Part shown: positions 29,294 through 43,225 of the stretch, piece after piece | How the letters are laid out: each line of letters starts with the position of its first letter | Numbering within the stretch: the first letter of the stretch is position 1 | From: Eledone cirrhosa | Lineage: Eukaryota | NCBI GenBank assembly: GCA_964016885.1 | Contig: OZ024743.1 | Span: 229,834,001-229,898,000, forward strand | Direction: 5' to 3' | DNA: 64,000 nt | Program-made: the position numbers and the translations under genes | Notes under the pieces: model-generated | Databases searched by the model: none | Told to the model about the DNA's origin: nothing | Seen by the model: the letters and a program-made list of their open reading frames with translations, nothing else

Positions 29294-30470
29294 TATATAT
29301 ATACAGATATATATGTAGATATATATATATATATATATATACGTGTCTGTGAGTTTGCTTATATATGAATATATATATATGTCTATATAACATTATATAC
29401 ACACGCTTTCATATAAGTTCTGTATGTTTTTCTGCCGGCCTATGAATGTATATCTGTAAACACACACGCATCCCTCTCCTCACGCAAAAATATATGATTG
29501 TATGTATATACGTAGTACATTTCTCTATGTGTGTGTGTCTTGTTTGTGTGTGTTTGTGTGTATGTACCTTTCTATATGTATCTATGCGCGTGTGTTCGCA
29601 TGATAATACGATTGTCAATTAAATTATGTTAGGGGATGCTGCTCATTTGAGGAATCTGACGGCCGTCTCATATACTATATTCAGTGGCAGAATCTGGTGT
29701 AGCAGTCAAAATCCTTTGGCAGTAATTTTCTCTTGGAACGTTTAGGAAATCTATCAACGAATTGAGTAAAACAAAAGCATTTCATTCATCTTTGAAAAAC
29801 ACCGATCCATCAAACGTTTAAACATTGAAGGAACACATTTAGTCGTTGCAGAAATCCTAGTCGTTCGCTGCATCTATATTTGAAACTGAAGACTCAAAAA
29901 CGAGAAACTCGCGTCAGTGTGAAACTGATACTGCACAACTGTCCCCTAAAACTGAACACACAGTTTTTGACATTAAATGATATAATAACCATCATTCTAT
30001 GGATGAACAAACGCAGCATGCTGTGGAAATTAGCGTTCCATTGGTTTTTTCCTTCCTGGTACTATTTATACATCGCAACTCTTTGTAATTAGAGGTGGGA
30101 TTTAATATGTGTACCCAGAGCCCTATCAGTTACCGCAATACACTTTGTCAGAAACTTGTATAGTTTCGCCAATCCATCGCTTCAGCACTGCTACTGCCAT
30201 CCCGTGGAAAAGTGAAAGGAAACGTTGACCTTGGCGTAAATTGTACTCAGAGCACAGAGAACCGGAATAATGTCAAGGCATTAAATTCAACTTTCCAACA
30301 GTCAATTCATCTCTTTATAATAGAATATCAACAAGTTAAAGACTGATCGATAAATGATAGAAATTTGAATGAATAACAGATGACAGACAAAGAAAAATGA
30401 TCTGAAAATCAAACCTCAATGTTGCAATAAATTATTTGTATGAAACCATAATATTTCTGTATGAAACCAT

Positions 30471-31062
30471 TATAGTTCTGGTATATCAAACTGATACCAT
30501 AGAACAACAACTGTACCATAGACATCCTACATATATTCCAGGGGTACTTTGTACCTGTGGCAATATTGATCTCCTTTTTATATATACTCCTATGTGTAGA
30601 GAAAAAATCCGTTGTTTAACCTAGCTGCTATTTTTAGTGGCGTGATAGACAACACGTCTATGTTTAGTTCCGCTTCTACTAAGGGCTAGTTCATGTGTAG
30701 GTCAAGTTTACGGCCTCATTCGATCCTGCACTAGCTAGCAGAATGCAATATATTTTGCCGTTCGTGGGACTTTCGTCCTATGTAGGGGAACATGCTTTCT
30801 GAAGAACCGAACATTTCCATTGGAAGTCCATCGGACTTCCAATCTTTTGTGAGGCGAAACCGTTGGTAAAAGCAAATGGAATAGGTAAATATTTAAATTA
30901 TATTTTTTAATTTATTTAAAAAAATTGTTTGAATCTTACTTACTCCGCTTAACTCAATTTTATAGTTCTGGTATGTCAATTTGATACCATAGAACAACAA
31001 CTGTACCATAGACACCATATATATTTCCAGGGGTACTTAGTACCTGTGGCAATATTGTTCTC

Positions 31063-31070
<8 letters not shown>
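30471..31070 (+). mobile_element. Partial-tandem pLTR element: direct repeats 30471-30585 and 30961-31070 enclosing a hairpin and a hammerhead; ends in (TA)n
   Basis: tatagttctggtat...gataccatagaacaacaactgtaccatagaca...gtacctgtggcaatattg is repeated 490 bp apart. Confidence 0.8.
30793..30874 (+). ncRNA. Type I hammerhead with extended stem II
   Basis: tgcttt-CTGAAGA-...attggaagtcc(atc)ggacttccaat...-GAAA-ccgttg-GTA-aaagca. Confidence 0.78.
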
Positions 31071-31126
<56 letters not shown>

Positions 31127-31127
31127 A

Positions 31128-31378
31128 CAGTCGATCGACAAGATCCCAGACCTCATTCTCTTAATTAGTGGGTTGGAGCTCGTCCAATCAGTCCATGGAT
31201 ACAATGTTTCAATTAGTCTTTCTAAATGCTAATACTATACTATATGTCGGTCGCAACGCCAGGTTAAAGGAGCAGCGTGAAGTAAAGTGTCTTGCACAAG
31301 GACCTAACGCATCACCCGAGTATCGAAATCAAAACGCCACAATTGCGTAAAGAATTCTCTAACAACTCAGCCACGCAC
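31128..31378 (-). mobile_element. tRNA-derived SINE (family 2, CORE-like)
   Basis: Reverse complement begins gcgtggctgagttgtt, has a B-box-like ttcgatactc and gtccttgtgcaagacacttta. Similar to 55749-55955. Confidence 0.65.
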
Positions 31379-31404
31379 ATTCACACACAGACATACACGC
31401 ACAG

Positions 31405-31465
<61 letters not shown>

Positions 31466-32344
31466 CATATATATATATATATACATCAATATATATGCTT
31501 ATATATAAAATATTATTTATCATGTCGAGACAGTGTTTAACAAGTTTTGCCAATTTCAGTTACTGGTGCAACTCTTCCTTGCTAGGTGAGTAGACTGGAG
31601 CTACGAGAAATGAAGTATGTTGGAAAGACACAACGCATCGCGGCTAACCGAATACACGACCATACGATGGTAAGTTGAACAGCGTAACTAAACTCCGTGG
31701 CATTACACCGACTATTATCATCATATTTGTGTAATTTAACAATCACAACGAAAGTGATATTGAAATCAAACTCTTAAGTAACGTAATTATATGAAAATCA
31801 TATGGAAATCAAACACAATGTGTAAATTCCAAGGTAAATTCCTGACTAAACTGAAATAGAAAAAAAATCGAAAAGAACCGATCATCAACTCAGATCAATT
31901 TAACTATATTTCCATTCGTCTTTCTATTGTTGATACTATCCCCCTTCACTTAACTACACTGCTTACATTTTATGAGCGACAATATAATCTGGCATTTTGG
32001 TTTAAACAGACTTAACACAATTCAGCCGTGTTTACAAAACAAACATTAACATTTCTCCAATTCGACTAGGAGGCAGATGGTCAGTTGTGTTCATCAGTAA
32101 TAACTATACAAATGAAGTCAACGAGTTGCTGTTGCTGAATATGTAAAGTATTACTTTTGGCAAACTCATTGTCTCAGGTGGAGATTCACGATATGGTCAT
32201 AAGGGTTTACATAAAAGATCATCGAGATCACGCCATTCATCATAATAGTATAAAACCTATCAAACAGCAACGTCTATAACTTATTTATACATACATTTAA
32301 ATATACATATATATATATACATATATATATACATATATGTGTGT

Positions 32345-32403
<59 letters not shown>

Positions 32404-32433
32404 TATATACATAAATATCTATATATATATATT

Positions 32434-32510
<77 letters not shown>

Positions 32511-33199
32511 GTATGTATATATGTATATATATATTTATATATATACATACATACATATATATATATGAGTGTATGTCTGTGTGAATAAATATATTCATAT
32601 ATATATATATATTATCTATCTATCTATCCCCCTCTCTCTCTCTATATATATGTATATAAATATATATATATGTGTGTGTGTGTCGTAGTGTGTGTGGGTG
32701 TGGTAGTGTGTGTGGGTATGTGTGTGTGTAATTTTTTATGTACGTATGTATTGTGGAATTGTTGCAATCTTGCTAAACGAACAGTTTGAAGAGAAAAAGC
32801 TATAAAAGTACCATTTGTAACATTAATGATGGAGGATAGTAGTGGGAAACTTTGTATTGCAGTAAATTTGTGGAATATATGAAATGTTTGAGAAAAGACA
32901 GTTTCAAGTTGAGATGGGCATCAATAATTTAACGAAACAAAATATAAATCAATGAATATATATAGAGAGAAAATTAAACAGTATAAACAAAATAGAATAA
33001 AATAATCATAAAAAGGAATGGTTTTTTGAGAGAGTTCATTAAAATATGAGAACTTTCAATTTGGATATAAGGTTGTGAAGGGGTTTCGAACGGGGATGTG
33101 ATATAATGATGATGTAACTAGAATTTCAAATAAGTATAAATTGAAGAATTTAATGAAAGGTTATGCATAGATGCATACATATCTACTTACAAACACTCA

Positions 33200-33412
<213 letters not shown>

Positions 33413-33604
33413 ATATATATATATTATGTTTGGATGGGACCACCCATGTAAACTCGCATATCTGAAGAAGTGCCGATTAAAAGTCGGGAGCCGATTGCCT
33501 GATCAAACCCAAGCTGATCGATACTTACTTTTTCCACTTAGGAGTGACGGATCGAATAAGAAAAGGCGAAGTAGTTTCAGATGTTAAAGTCCTTTAATGA
33601 TAAT

Positions 33605-33678
33605 GCTGTGATACATATTTCAATGACGACAGGAGCTACACGGTTCGGTGCGCCAGTGCCGTGACATCATCAGACAGC
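33605..33678 (-). ncRNA. Type I hammerhead motif (left arm)
   Basis: Mirror of 35498-35571. Confidence 0.68.
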
Positions 33679-35497
33679 TTGTTACATAATAAGTTTATGT
33701 TTCCGAGGCATCCAAATTGAATCGACATGGGAACGGACAAAGCGTGTGCTCTTGGGTTCTTCACCCGTTTCCTTGTGAGTCCCAACTCACCCCCACCGGT
33801 CTGCGCAGGCGCAGGTCCGAAGGAAGTTGACCTTCAACTACTGCAGAATTCTACGAAACTCGCCTAGGCAGGTCTGCCCCTCACCCAAACAATGACTCCA
33901 TCTAACCTGTAATATTACACGGTTATAGTTTACTGCTAGCCGACCGAAAGCCAGTGGGGTGGGAGAGTATGAGTATCAATACAACCTCTAAATTAAGCAT
34001 GGACAGTAGAATTGACCATTCCCGCTAAGAGAAAATATACTTATTTCTAGGTATTATGGTTTCACAGTGATGATTATGAATGAGAGTTGGAAATTAAAAC
34101 TAAAAATTAAAAATCAAAAATCAAAAATTAAAAAAATTAAAAATTAGAAAAAAAAAAATAAATAAATAAATAAAAAATAAAATAAAAAAAATAAAAAAAA
34201 ATAAAATTTTAAATAAAAAAAATAAAAAATACTAGTTAGAATTTAGATTGAAGTAAGTAAAGAAATATATGTAGATACAATCACTAATAAATAGGGAGAT
34301 GTTTAAATTATATTAATAAGTTTTGAAAGGGGATCAATGTTAGAGATATATTATCCACATATTGAACAATAGCACCGTACAGTAGAACAGAGGGTAAAGT
34401 ACAGTATGGAACGTAGTAATTAGGCGAATACATAGTTAATATCTCTATCAGATGGAACAAAACACAAAATACAAAATATAAAATACGCACCAGACAATAA
34501 ATCTTTATATGGATAAATTGACAATAACGTTAACCACGTAAACCCTCATTTCCATGCTCATATATATATCTCATATCTCATTTTACATATGTATCTCATT
34601 TTGCATCTATGTATTTTCTGTAATTTTTTGCGTATTTCATATTTTGTATTTTGTGTTTTGTTCCACCTGATAGAGATATTAACTATGTATTCGCCTAATT
34701 ACTACGTTCAATACTGTAATTTACCCTCAGTTCTACTGTACGGTACTATCGTTCAATATGTGGATAGTATATCTCTAATATTGAAAAACTTATTAATATA
34801 ATTTAAACAGCTCCCTATTTATTAGTGATTATATGTACATATATTTCTTTACTTACTTCAATCTAGATTCTAACTTGTAATTTCAAAAAATTTTAAAAAT
34901 TTAAAAATTTTTAATTTTTAATTTTTAATTTTTAATTTTTAATTTTTAATTTTTAATTTTTAATTTTTAATTTTTAATTTTTAATTTTTAATTTTTAATT
35001 TTTAATTTTTAATTTTTAATTTTTAATTTTTTTTAATTTTTGATTTTTGATTTTAAATTTTTAGTTTTAATTTCCAACTCTCATTCATAATCTTCACTGG
35101 GAAACCATAATACCTAGAAATAAGTATATTTTCTCTTAGCGGAAGATGGTCAATTCTACTGTCCATGCTTAATTTAGAGGTAGTATTGAGACCTATTGAT
35201 ACTCATACTCTCCCACCTCAACTGGCTTTCGGCCGGCTAGCAGTAAACTATAACCGTGTCATATTACAGGTTGGATGGGGTCATTGTTTGGGTGAGAGGA
35301 GGACCTGCCTAGGCGAATTTCGTAGAAAATCTGCGGTAGTTGATGGTTCACTTCCTTCGGACCTGCGCCTGCGCAGACCGATGTGTGTGAATTGGGACTC
35401 ACAAGGGAACAGGCGAAGAACCCAAGAGCACACGCTTTGTCCGTTCCCATGTCGATTCAATTTGGATTGCCTCGGAAACAAACTTATTATGTAACAA

Positions 35498-35571
35498 GCT
35501 GTCTGATGATGTCACGGCACTGGCGCACCGAACCGTGTGGCCACTGTCGTCATTGAAATATGTATCACAGC
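35498..35571 (+). ncRNA. Type I hammerhead motif with long GC-rich domain II (right arm)
   Basis: gctgt-CTGATGA-tgtcacggcac...tgtcgtcatt-GAAA-tatgta-TC-acagc. Confidence 0.68.
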
Positions 35572-35999
35572 ATTATCATTAAGGAACTTTAACATCTGAA
35601 ACTACTTCGCTTTTTCTTATCCTCTCTCTCTCTCTATATATATATATATAAACATAGATATACATATAAAAGGTAGATATATGTTGCAATTTTAGCTGAG
35701 TGAATTAACTCAGAGCGTTATAAATTCAAGTGGGGAAAAACAAACGAGATAAAAATATTTACCGCCTTACTACAAATCAGGGAATTTTTTATGTAGCGTG
35801 TCGGAGATAAATAGGCTCTGTAATTCGCATATAACGGTGCCCTCGAATGATCACATAGGTGCATCGAATTCATCATTGGTAATGGATTCTTTTACCCACG
35901 GCTCCTCATTATTAAGTGGGCGATAAAATAAAGTACCAGTAATACACTGGATAATTGCTGGCCTTGTGCCAAAAGTAGAAACAATTATTATAGAGAATG

Positions 36000-36830
36000 G
36001 TTTTTATACAGCGAGATATATCTAAACAATGTAAATCATATATATTATTGAAATTTCTAGCGAAATCCATGCAAGGTCTTATCGAGTAAAGTCCTGGGGA
36101 TTCAGGGATAAAAGTAAATTATATCAAACTGTGTAAATCTATCATTCTTAGAGTGTTTGAGTACGTTAATCCAATCTATAGCTTTTTGAGTATTATCCCA
36201 CTGATTAAAGTTAAAATAGTTTTATTATGGTTTTTACGTGTAAGATTTCTTAGAAGACATAGTTCAGTATTGGCAGGGTCAGTATTGGAAGGGTCAGTAT
36301 CTACAGGTCAGTTGATTAATGAAGTCTTACTTGTGACCCTTAAGTGTAATTTAACTCTTTCTCCCAGCCAAGCGCTCTAACTTGTCTATTTTGAGGGTGC
36401 TATCTAGACGCTTCGCCTCATCATTGAGGTTATTGTAAGTAGCAGGGTCAGCTCTTTTATATGTATACTGTATGGTCTTGTTCAGAATTTGATTGTAGGT
36501 AGAGTGATCAATTTCATGAAGGTTATTAGTTTTATCAGAGGATCGGGAGTTTTTATATCTCTATTTAGTGTATTCTTAAAGGGGTGGGAATATGTGCGGA
36601 AATAAAATGTTAGGGACTAGATTAAGATCGCCTTCGAAAGGAATGATATCATTTACCTTAGGTAGGTCATTCCTAGATTTTGTGGGGAAATTTGTTAGAA
36701 TTGACATTTATTAGTATTACATATATAAAGTTTACCTCAATATACTTATTTAACTAATTGATAATTTTAGACTTCCTAGCACAGAATTCTCCTACCTTAC
36801 CAAGAATCTTTCCGGAAGGACACGATCGTA
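36000..36830 (-). mobile_element. Decayed PLE RT N-terminal fragment (Neptune/Naiad-like)
   Basis: Minus-strand motifs PFEGDL, SDKTNNL, ITLKGHK, INQL. Confidence 0.65.
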
Positions 36831-37411
36831 ATATGGCTGACTGAATGAGTTGGGGTAATAAACCGACAAAACTTATGTATCTGCATATGCCACTCTATTA
36901 ACTGATTATACATAACCCGTTCCAAGACCAGACTGCTTTAAACCCTTGTATATTTACACAAAGATTGTACTACAATATATAAATATATATAAATACGCGC
37001 GCGCACGCGTGTGTGTGTGTAAATATGGAAGATACACACATGCTCACCCACAAAGAAATCGTTGAAAGTGAAATCGTCAACGAAGACTACGACGCTGTCT
37101 TCGTCGTCAACCTTGTTGTTCATGCTGACTTCGTTATTGATGGCGGTACTGATAAATTATAGAAGAAATATTAAATTGATGGTAATATTGAAGAAGAAGA
37201 AGAAGAAGAAGAAGAACAAGAATGAGAAGGAGGAGGAGGTGGAGAAGAAGATGATGGTGATGATGATGTTGATGATGATGAAAAAGAAATAATTTTAGTG
37301 GAATATACGATGAACAATAAAATAAAACAAGTATAATTTAATCAGTTTTATAAGTCAAGGGTTACATAGAAGCTTGAGCAATTATCTGCCAGTCTCTCTC
37401 TCTCTCTCTCC

Positions 37412-37498
<87 letters not shown>

Positions 37499-37588
37499 AC
37501 ATTTCAATATGTTTGTGTGTATGCCAGTCATTGCTTTGTACATTTCATCTAAATACATCTCCTTCTATTTGTTTTGACTCAAATATCT

Positions 37589-37635
<47 letters not shown>

Positions 37636-37636
37636 A

Positions 37637-37671
<35 letters not shown>

Positions 37672-37720
37672 ATATATATGTGTATATATATGTATGTATA
37701 TGTATATATATATATAAATG

Positions 37721-37828
<108 letters not shown>

Positions 37829-37970
37829 TAAAGAGTTAAACAAGATTCAATGAGTACATCAAAGAATGAGTTTTACAGTAGATTGAAAGCACTCTACAGC
37901 TAGATATTTTCCAGAGTTATTAATATTAAATTCAAATATTAACAAAATAGATGTTCTTCTGATCAATTAA

Positions 37971-38036
37971 ATTTTATTATACATATTTCAGAGGTACTTG
38001 AATCAAGTTCCACAGTACGTCCTCATCAGGTAAAAT
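37971..38036 (-). ncRNA. Type I hammerhead (left arm)
   Basis: Reverse complement attttac-CTGATGA-ggacgtact...agtacctct-GAAA-tatgta-TA-ataaaat. Confidence 0.75.
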
Positions 38037-38117
38037 AAAATGATACATGACATACCCTGACATGTTAGATGGTTAAGATTTATTCAAGGTATGTCAGGGT
38101 ATGTCATGTATCATTTT

Positions 38118-38183
38118 ATTTTATCTGAGGAGGACGTACTGTTGAACTTGATTCAAGTACCTCTGAAATATGTATAATACAAT
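38118..38183 (+). ncRNA. Type I hammerhead (right arm)
   Basis: attttat-CTGAGGA-ggacgtact...agtacctct-GAAA-tatgta-TA-atacaat. Confidence 0.75.
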
Positions 38184-38221
38184 TTAATTGATCACAAGAA
38201 CATCTATTTTGTTAATATTTG

Positions 38222-38291
<70 letters not shown>

Positions 38292-38387
38292 ATATTTATA
38301 AATATATATGTATGTATATATATATATACAGTATATATATTATATATACCATGTTCCCTCTCTCTCTCCATTTCTCTCTCTCTCTCA

Positions 38388-38425
<38 letters not shown>

Positions 38426-39031
38426 CCTCCTTCTTGAATGCAAATTAATTTCCGTATAATTGCCTTGCCTACAGTATTATTAGCTACCGAAAGAAACTGC
38501 GAATTTACAAACACCCAAGTAGTGATCTAAAGAAACCAGAGGAAGTTAGCGGGAGGTGTGACTGGGGCTTGGTTAAATGGGTCCTGGACAGAGTCTGAGA
38601 AGGTGGTGTGGCGTAGATGAATGTGAAGGTGGGTGTTGAGGCCACTGACAGTTTTGTTGACGCCTCGAGCTTAAAACGATACAACAGATTCCTACGAAGT
38701 TTCTTCAATCAAAATCAAAGTTTTCAAATGGAGTTTATTAACAATTACTGTTAACCCTTTGTTGAACTTGCTAACATCGCTCGGTGAATGGTGCACCTAT
38801 AGCTATTAATCAGCTAATGAAACAGTGAAGATATGTTAATGATGAGTAGGGGTGGGAGGGAAAACGAAGTCTCACAACATCATCTATCGATATCTTTCTT
38901 CCTCTATGATTGAGTATACTATGCAAAGAATGAGTTAGTGACAGCAAGAGGCGGGATATAGAGAGGAATTCAAACAGAGATTGTGCACCTCAAACAATAA
39001 CAAAAGAACGCATACACGTATCTAGCTTGTC

Positions 39032-39076
<45 letters not shown>

Positions 39077-40064
39077 TACATATATACATGCATACAGTAC
39101 ATACATGCATACAGTACATATATACATGATGACTGCAGACTCTGCTAAGAGTATTGCGATCGCTTGTAACAGAACCCGAACAAGCCTTGCCTGTGCTTTG
39201 AAGGTTTTTTAAGTGGGGAAATGCCTTGCACTCGACCAATCCCACTCTCTGAGCATCGAAAACACTACCCGAAAAGGAGAACTTGTCAACATCATTGGAT
39301 GTTTCCTAAGCCACAGATTTTTCTTTCAGAGTTTCCCTCTCTTAGAAAGGTGTTGTGACAACAACTGGGGGCCTTTCACTCCCATGTGGAAAAAAAGTAT
39401 TATTTGGATGCCCGTTAGCTCTGTTGAGTTCCTCCGCCCTTTGCCGGGTCTATCATCACGTAGGGTTTCCAAATATCACCTCCTATCTAAGCAAGCTTGG
39501 TGGGGGTCGCCGGTTTAGTCGCCGACGACCTGACCATGAGACAGGTTGTACTGGGTTACATGTTACAAGTAGCACTCGAGAGCGACCTGGCATACATACA
39601 TACATACATACACACATACATACATGCATACATACATACATACATGCATACATACACACGAATGCCTCACATCACGAACACATCGGTTCGTGAACAATTT
39701 TAGCGAACATAAAACATCGTGTTTGACGAAAGCAGTCTCGAATAATGAACATGTAAGTCGACAACAACAATTGACGGCAAGCTAAGGGTAACGGTTGGAA
39801 AGCGTCACTTGCTATGTAGTTGGTTACTGTCGTGATATCTCTCTATCTTCTTTCACACATAGTCCCTCGCTCACTCTATTTCTCTCCCAGAATTTCGTAT
39901 TGGCATAAGGGCAAAAGACACAGGGGAAAATCACGAGCAAGATAGTTGGATAACATCCATGGAGTTCGGTTGGGATATCAATTGGAGACGGTTGCTTCTG
40001 ACAGGACTCACACTAGAAAGTTTGTTTGAAACCCCACGACCTTCCGACGAAGAAGAAGAAGAAG

Positions 40065-40095
<31 letters not shown>

Positions 40096-40214
40096 TGGGC
40101 ATATATTTCATTGATTCATAATCATCGAATCGCTATCTTACAGCAAAATATCCCGGAATGGGTTGCATACCCGCAGACACACAGACATCTCTCTCTCTCT
40201 CTCTCTCTCTTTCT

Positions 40215-40341
<127 letters not shown>

Positions 40342-43017
40342 CAGACTTCTGCACATTTTTTGTTCGCAAAACTTTTCCCAATGCATTGTTAAACCCGTTG
40401 CTATAAAAGAATTTGAAGGAGATTTGTGTGCTATATCTAGCATATCAGACGACCGCATAGATGCTCTCTCATTAGAACGTGCTATCTTGAGTAATGACTC
40501 TCCTTTTTTCCCGACAGTGTTTCCACGTCTACATTATCTAATGTTGATTTCCTCTTTCTAAAGATAGATGAGATTAATATGATATGTTACGTGGCTGCTG
40601 TTTTTAACATATCAAGTGACCATGTAAAGATTTCTTCTTTATCAAGTGAATTTGAATTTAATCGTAAATGCATGATAATTGAATGCTAAACAAATATTAA
40701 ACGAAATTGCATAGTATAGTAGCAAGTAGCAGATATTGGTGGTGATTCTATTTCACTGACGATTTATTAGCTCAATAGAGGATAAGTGAACGGCAAATGA
40801 ATTCTAAATGAAGGTTAAATGAAAGAATGTTATCGAAATTCTGATTCAGTGATGCAGAAATCTGAACAGATGTATAATGAAGGAATTTCATAGTTGCGGC
40901 AGTGAGGTGTTTGGAACTAACATTTAACAGTTTCTATATGTGCATGTTGTTTCTCTGTGTGAATGTGTGTGTTTGAGTGTGGGTGTGTGTTTGTGTGTGT
41001 GTGTGTGTGCGTGCGACAGAGAGAGGAAAAATAGAGAGAAAGATAGAAGTGAGAAAGAGACAGATAAGGTATGAGAGGGAGAGAGAGAGAGAGAAAGATA
41101 AGGAGAGAGGCGGATAAAATGACTTTGTGTATATGAGTGTTGAAATGTGAGAGAGAGGGAGAGAGTGAGGCACAGAATGAACATGAGGTACAATGAGAGA
41201 GGAAGATAGAGCGAGAGAGAGAGAGAGAGATAGAGAGTGGGTGAGTGGTGATGAGAGAGACTTGTTTGTGTGTGTTCGCGTGGAAATATGTAATAGAATT
41301 TCAGACTGAGAGAGAGAGGGGGGGGGGTGACTGTGTGTGTAAGAAAGAGTATGATAGTGTGTATATGTATATATTTGGTAGAATATATCCGTATTTTGCT
41401 ACTGTTTAACCTCTTGACTGAGCCAATCATTGATTATAGAAGTCCCATTCCAGCCATGAACCATCTTTTCGTATTTAAGATATTTTGTTGGAAGAACACC
41501 TTAGACAATGAGTTATTTTTTTTAAGGTTGTGGGGTGTGATTAAAAAATAATTGCCGACTATTTCAAACATGTTGAGCGACCACGTAGGCTCTATTATCT
41601 ACGTTGTTTCTCTCCATGTTGTGTTGTTAATTTATGAAAGTGTAGGCGCGCGGCTTAGTGGTCACGGTGTTCCTTTAACGACCACATGGTGTGAATGTGG
41701 GAGGAAGAGAAAGGTCACATGTGGATGTATGTAAATTTAAATTCAACAAAAAGGGTTTGTAAATGCATACAACCATGTTGATAAAAACATATGTATATGT
41801 GTTTTTATCAACATGTAGGAAGAAGTACGTTAGATAATAAGTTCTTCCATTTTTCAAGGTTGTGGGTGTGATTTTTTAATAAAACACATATACATGTATT
41901 TTGTTAACACATATACATGTGTGTTGATAAAAACACATGTATATGTGTTTTATCAACACACACGTACATATGCATGCACACACGTGTATGTATATATCTG
42001 TTTTCATGCGTCTGTTATGTATACATGCGTCAGTGTATGTATGTGTGCGTAGCTATATACCGATTTATATGATTCTCTGAATGTATGTGTGTACATGTAT
42101 ACATCTGGTTTTACTTGTGATTATATGTGTTTGCAGTGCTTTTATCCTTGAGTATGTATTAGTATGTAAATGAAATTGCACGAGTGTGTGTGTGTTGTCG
42201 TGTGTCTGTGTGTATTTGTGTGTCTAGGTGCGTGCGTTTGTCAATATGATTGACCGAGTGGACATTAGCGGAGGCCAGCCTACGTGCGTGTGTGTGTATG
42301 GGTATGTTTGTGTTTGTCGATTAAAATATGTGTAAATGTGTGAGTGTGTGTGTGTGTGTATGTAAGTGTGTGTGTGCGTGCGTGTGTGTGTGTGAGTGTG
42401 CGCGTGTGTGTGTGTGTGTGTGTGTGCATACGTACCGATTAGACTTTGTATTTGAGCCAATATGGTGGTTCGTCTGTGAGTGGTGTGTTTGTACGCGATT
42501 AAGAGAGCATACGTGCACGTAAGTGTATCTGTACACATAGATGGTGAGGAAGTATGGCAAGGTGAAGAGGTAGGAGAAAGCTATAAAATTAAACCGAAGA
42601 GGAAGGTATTAAAAAAACAAAAACTAAATAAAACAAACAAATAAATAAATCGTAGGATAATAATAAAAGAAGAAAATCAAAAGCTAGAAACATAAAATCT
42701 CAAGTAGTTTAGTTGGGCGGAAAGAATTGGATATGAGGATGGAAACGATCGTGGACATTTTTCGATAAGACTGTAATTGAGTCCAAGAAGACAAGCTTAA
42801 GTGTGAACTAAATCCACCATATTGCCTGCTATTTAACCTAACTCTTTCTTTCTTTTTTTCTTTCAGTTTGTCTTTCTTTATATCGCAGCTCCAGACTATG
42901 CAAAATTATTATGAATCATCAGACTGCATTGACAAACCTAACGAAATTTTACTAAAAATAAAATAAAAGTAACCAGCTAACAATCTCAAAATAATTTTCC
43001 CGTAACACAAAAATAAT

Positions 43018-43225
43018 GGTTTCTAATTTAGGCACAAGGCTAGCAATTTTGAAAGTGGAGTAGTGGTTGTCGATAACTCGACACCAGTACTTCACTGGTG
43101 TTATGTTTTATCGACCCTGGTACAATGAAAAGCAAATCTGACCGAAGTGGAATTTGCAAACAACATAAATAGCTGTAATTAAATGTCGCAAAACATTTTG
43201 CCTGCCGATTCTGACAATCTGCTAC
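43018..43225 (-). mobile_element. tRNA-derived SINE (family 1-like, diverged)
   Basis: ttctaatttaggcacaaggc...ttttatcgaccc...tgaaaagcaaa is the reverse complement of the family 1 body and tail. Confidence 0.6.

Larger units (their letters stand above)
33556..35620. mobile_element. 2-kb fold-back element: arms 33556-34488 and 34630-35620, about 140-bp spacer, hammerhead near each outer end, internal (TTTTTAA)n-type tract in each arm
   Basis: Arms are collinear reverse complements with scattered substitutions. The ORF track shows mirror peptides (34308-34490 versus 34589-34801). Confidence 0.92.
37929..38225. mobile_element. Palindromic hammerhead element: arms 37929-38063 and 38091-38225, between (TA)n tracts
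   Basis: 135-bp reverse-complement arms with few mismatches and a 27-nt spacer. Confidence 0.9.

Noticed and set aside
33440-33520. CTGAAGA plus hairpin next to the 2-kb palindrome
   Set aside because: GAAA core and stem I closure are absent; at most a decayed motif.
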